A stretch of 50,874 nt of DNA, from positions 1-50,874 of the forward strand of contig JBMOFU010000001.1 in NCBI GenBank assembly GCA_049318725.1, in the 5' to 3' direction. The position numbers and the translations under genes are program-made. Shown here piece by piece: positions 47,473-50,874 of the stretch. The stretch's first letter is position 1. Every line of letters starts with the position of its first letter. The notes under the pieces are model-generated. The model did not search any database. It worked only from the letters and a program-made list of their open reading frames with translations, and was not told the origin of the DNA. Source of the DNA: Phototrophicaceae bacterium. GTDB lineage: Bacteria; Chloroflexota; Anaerolineae; Aggregatilineales; Phototrophicaceae.

Positions 47473-49401
47473 TTATTCCAAAATGGGTACAGCATAAATG
47501 TGATAGTCTAACGAACCAAAAATCACTAACGGGGTATTCCCCACGCTTGCAATAGTTGGGGTAGAAAGAATCTCGCCATGTGCTTTGAACTTCCACTTTT
47601 CTTTGCCCGTTTTGGCATCTAGGCAATAAAGATAATGGTCAGTCCCGCCAATGTACACGTTATTCTCGTAAATGATCGGTGAACTCAGTACCGGCTTTCC
47701 CATCGGGAAGCGCCACTTTTCCTTTTGGCCGTAAGTATCTACCGAGTAAACATTACCGTCCACCGAGCCAAAAATGATGAAGTCGTTCCATATCACTGGG
47801 CTGGAGATAATTGGGCCATTGGTTCTAAAGCGCCAAGAATTATAGCCGCTGGTGATGTCTATCGCATACAGAAAACCGTCATCACTACCAATGTAGCAAA
47901 TCCCTTCGCGCTCGTCAAAGCAGGCAGAAGATTTGATGTCGCGCTTGGTGCGGTATACCCATTTGCGCTCCCCTGCAAGTGTCACCCCCAAGATTTCGCC
48001 TTGACCATTGCCAAAGATTAGTATCTCATCGGTGACTAACACCCGATTACGAACTGGGCTGCCCGCGTCAAAATCCCACAGTTTACGACCGTTGCTAGCA
48101 CTCAATGTATAGAGGCGGCCATCATCACTGCCAAAAAATATGTAATTATTGGCAACAACCGGCGAACTGCGGATTTTGTCCTTTGTGGCAAACGACCATA
48201 TAACTCGTCCAGTGAGTGGATTAACAGCATTGAAAGTGCTATCTTCAGAGCCAAACAAGATTAACTTTGAAGTGGTATCCACCACTGGGGATGAGGCAAT
48301 CCCGGCCAACGTAGAAAACTTCCAGACTTGTTGCCCATTTTCTAGGTTAAGACACCACATATTGGTATCATAAGAGCCGATATACACCTTGCCCTCGTAC
48401 ACAAGCGGGCTACTCCGGATTTCATCCTCAGTTTTGAACACCCATTTCGGTTCGATTTCACCGCCGGCCTCAATGAACGATGTTCCAGTGGCGGCAGCTG
48501 GGGCGATTTCTGGCGCAGCAACAGCGGCATATTGGCGGCGTTGCCGTTGACGAATGGCTTCGGCCATTGCCTCACAGCTTTCAAAGCGGTCTTCTGCATT
48601 GAAGGCTAAGGCTTTATCCACCACTTCGACAAACCAAGCAGGGACATCCGCATTGAAGTTGCGAATAGGGCGCTCTGGAAAGCTAAACGGTGGCTCTAGG
48701 CGTGGGTCTTTGCGCGTAAGGATGTGATGGAGCGTTGCCCCAAGGCTATACTGGTCACTTCTGGGGGAAGCATTCCCTTTATACTGTTCTGGCCCAGAAT
48801 AGCCTTCAGTGCCGATGATCGTTTGCTTATTGGCACCCACAAAGGTTTTTGCAATGCCAAAGTCAATCAAGCGGACTTTACCCAAATTATCAATCATGAT
48901 ATTGGAGGGCTTCATGTCACGGAAAATGATCGAGTCTGGTTGGTGATTGTGCAGGTAGCTTAACACCTCACACAGGTCAATAGACCACTCAATGACCTTT
49001 TCAATCGGCAAGGTCTTGGTTTGTGAAAGTAGCGCTTCTAGGTCACGCCCGTTGATGTGTTCCATAACCAAATACACACGGTCATTTTGGTCGAAGAAGT
49101 CGTAAATCTTCGGGATTGCTGGATGATTCAATGTGGCAAGGATGTTAGCTTCACGACGAAACGTGGCAAGCATTTGGTCACGCAATGCACGGTCACCAGA
49201 AGGGGTGTGCATTTCTTTAACGGCGGCAAGCCGCCGAACATCTGGGAAGTTAAGGTCACGGGCTTGATAGACGGTTCCCATACCGCCACCGCCGAGGACG
49301 CCCATCACTTTGTAACGGCGTAACAGAACCGTGTTGGCACTTAGAACACCGCTAGGTTGCTGGTCGCCTGGATTTCCGTGGAGTTGCATTGTCTCTGGCA
49401 T
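47473..49401 (-). CDS. Ser/Thr protein kinase with a C-terminal 8-bladed PQQ-like beta-propeller
   Basis: GGGGMGTVYQA, AVKEM, FRDMKPSNIMI, DFGIAK, then eight repeats of the pattern ..SSP.V.....I.FGS.D. The start is uncertain (ATG 49401 or 49389; the tracked 49479 would abut hemW). Confidence 0.9.
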   Translation of the reverse strand: MPETMQLHGNPGDQQPSGVLSANTVLLRRYKVMGVLGGGGMGTVYQARDLNFPDVRRLAAVKEMHTPSGDRALRDQMLATFRREANILATLNHPAIPKIYDFFDQNDRVYLVMEHINGRDLEALLSQTKTLPIEKVIEWSIDLCEVLSYLHNHQPDSIIFRDMKPSNIMIDNLGKVRLIDFGIAKTFVGANKQTIIGTEGYSGPEQYKGNASPRSDQYSLGATLHHILTRKDPRLEPPFSFPERPIRNFNADVPAWFVEVVDKALAFNAEDRFESCEAMAEAIRQRQRRQYAAVAAPEIAPAAATGTSFIEAGGEIEPKWVFKTEDEIRSSPLVYEGKVYIGSYDTNMWCLNLENGQQVWKFSTLAGIASSPVVDTTSKLILFGSEDSTFNAVNPLTGRVIWSFATKDKIRSSPVVANNYIFFGSDDGRLYTLSASNGRKLWDFDAGSPVRNRVLVTDEILIFGNGQGEILGVTLAGERKWVYRTKRDIKSSACFDEREGICYIGSDDGFLYAIDITSGYNSWRFRTNGPIISSPVIWNDFIIFGSVDGNVYSVDTYGQKEKWRFPMGKPVLSSPIIYENNVYIGGTDHYLYCLDAKTGKEKWKFKAHGEILSTPTIASVGNTPLVIFGSLDYHIYAVPILE

Positions 49402-49483
49402 ATAAGGGTTGCTCTTGAGGCTCTCATGAATGATGACTACCATAATGGCTATTATATTGAATACGAACGGATACTGCAATTTT

Positions 49484-50674
49484 ATGCTTAAAACAGTTGA
49501 TAAAGTTTCACCTTTGTCGCTCTACATTCACATTCCATTTTGCACGGTTCGGTGCAGTTATTGTGCGTTTAACGTCTATACGCAACACGAAACTATGATC
49601 CCTCAGTTTGTTGATGCCCTCTGCCAAGAAATTAGCTGGGTGGGGCAACGGCAATTACACCCCGCGCAGGTTCATACGATCTACTTTGGCGGGGGGACGC
49701 CAACCCTAATGACGCCTGCACATTTTCAACAGATATTGGCCGCTATTGCCGATGTCTTTGAGGTATTGCCAGAGGCCGAAATTTCAACGGAGGCAAACCC
49801 GAATGATTTGCTGATACCCAATCAACTGCGCGGATTAAAGGCGGCTGGCATTAACCGCTTGAGTATAGGGGTGCAATCCTTCAAAGCTGATGATTTAGCG
49901 CTCTTTGGTCGGCTCCACTACCCGCATACGATTGTTGAGGCGGTGACCCTTGCGCGGCAAGTCGGTTTCGAGAATTTGAATCTTGACCTGATCTTCGGGT
50001 TGCCCAATCAAACCTTAGCGGATTGGCAAAGTAACCTTGCAGGCATTTTAGCGCTGGCACCAGAACATCTTTCACTATACGGTCTGGAACTCGAGCCGGG
50101 AACGGCCATGACCTATTGGGTGGAACAGGGCAAAGTCAGTTCCCCAGATGAAGACTTGGCCGCCGAGATGTACGAGTTGGCCGAAGCGCAACTGGCAAGC
50201 GCTGGCTTTGTCCACTATGAAATTAGCAACTGGAGCAAGCCACAGCGCGAAAGCCGCCATAACAAACAGTATTGGTACAACTTGCCGTATTTGGGGTTTG
50301 GGCCGGGCGCGCATGGTTACGCCAACGAAACGCGCTATGCGGTGCAACGTTCCCCGCAACGCTATATTCATAGCCTTTTGAGCGGCACTGCAACACCGAC
50401 AACCTTCCCGCTTTCGCCAGCAGTGGAGGAGTTCCATACAGTGGCACCAGAAGACGCTCAGTCTGAAACCATTATGATGGGGATGCGCTTGGTTGAAGAA
50501 GGGGTTTCGCTGAAGCGTTTTAAGCAACGCTTTGGTGAAGATTTGCTCACCCTGCGCCAAGCGCCTATCCAGCAATATAGCCAGACAGGCCACTTGGAAG
50601 TTACACAGGATTGCTTACGACTCACAGCGGCAGGCCGCCTCATTAGTAACCGAATCTTGCGCGATTTGATTTAG
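49484..50674 (+). CDS. hemW: Radical SAM heme chaperone HemW (HemN-like, oxygen-independent coproporphyrinogen oxidase family)
   Basis: LYIHIPFCTVRCSYCAF CxxxCxxC motif, GGGTP and a HemN_C-like tail. The ATG at 49484 is preferred. Confidence 0.9.
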   Translation: MLKTVDKVSPLSLYIHIPFCTVRCSYCAFNVYTQHETMIPQFVDALCQEISWVGQRQLHPAQVHTIYFGGGTPTLMTPAHFQQILAAIADVFEVLPEAEISTEANPNDLLIPNQLRGLKAAGINRLSIGVQSFKADDLALFGRLHYPHTIVEAVTLARQVGFENLNLDLIFGLPNQTLADWQSNLAGILALAPEHLSLYGLELEPGTAMTYWVEQGKVSSPDEDLAAEMYELAEAQLASAGFVHYEISNWSKPQRESRHNKQYWYNLPYLGFGPGAHGYANETRYAVQRSPQRYIHSLLSGTATPTTFPLSPAVEEFHTVAPEDAQSETIMMGMRLVEEGVSLKRFKQRFGEDLLTLRQAPIQQYSQTGHLEVTQDCLRLTAAGRLISNRILRDLI

Positions 50675-50725
50675 TATCTCACCTTACGCAGCCCGTTAGC
50701 CAATGGCTGTTACACACCGATTCAC

Positions 50726-50788
50726 GAGCGACACAGGTGTCGCCCCTACAATCAATGACCTTGTAGGGACGAGGCAGGCCTCGTCCGT
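50726..50788. repeat. Inverted pair of about 26-nt hairpin repeats (REP/BIME-like)
   Basis: Reverse complement of unit 1 is TTGTAGGGGCGACACCTGTGTCGCTC. Unit 2 is TTGTAGGGACGAGGCAGGCCTCGTCCGT. They share a TTGTAGGG.CGA..C..G..TCG frame with compensatory stem changes and are separated by 9 nt. Confidence 0.55.
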
Positions 50789-50874
50789 GAGACGGTTTTC
50801 AACGAAAATCTACAACATACGCTGTGGTGTGCGTAACGTGAGTTAGTATTCCCTTTGGAGCAAGGCATCGGTTA

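Overview
A 50.9 kb chromosomal segment that is mostly housekeeping. I found no rRNA, CRISPR array, transposase, integrase or prophage genes.

Taxonomy (low confidence): gene content suggests a Chloroflexota-like bacterium. The pointers are a T-box leader, an archaeal-type upper mevalonate operon, a Ser/Thr kinase with a PQQ-type beta-propeller, and many zinc-ribbon and FHA proteins.

Recognisable core genes:
- Sir2 deacylase (5' end outside the window) and a GAF histidine kinase
- yajC-secD-secF
- valS, preceded by a SAM methyltransferase under a Val-specific T-box
- purH, tRNA-Thr(CGU), udk, radC
- eno-pyk
- a cysteine desulfurase followed by mnmA
- a sugar-type ABC ATPase
- an HMG-CoA reductase / HMG-CoA synthase / thiolase-like / DUF35 operon
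- erpA with a SufR-like regulator
- pyrG and hemW

Candidates for undescribed biology, best first:
1. The mevalonate operon's thiolase-fold protein has substitutions at every position I could align to a thiolase catalytic residue (Cys to Asp83, HDCF to HDAY, GHP to GNP). Its DUF35 partner is split into two ORFs and has lost all four zinc-ribbon cysteines.
2. A tightly packed five-gene operon: SxtJ-like, carbamoyltransferase, an untracked 56-aa DUF5989/SxtK-like ORF, a 3-TM protein and an 800-aa orphan protein.
3. A four-gene operon: ParB/Srx-like protein, 125-aa protein, membrane-anchored JAMM protease and a cysteine-less A24 prepilin peptidase.
4. A six-gene operon: STK, PP2C, HPD-less J-like/vWA, zinc-ribbon FHA, a small protein and an OmpR-type regulator.
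5. An adenosine-deaminase-fold protein downstream of pyrG whose metal and catalytic ligands are degenerate.

All motif alignments were made by eye against remembered family consensus. They need HMM or structure-based confirmation.
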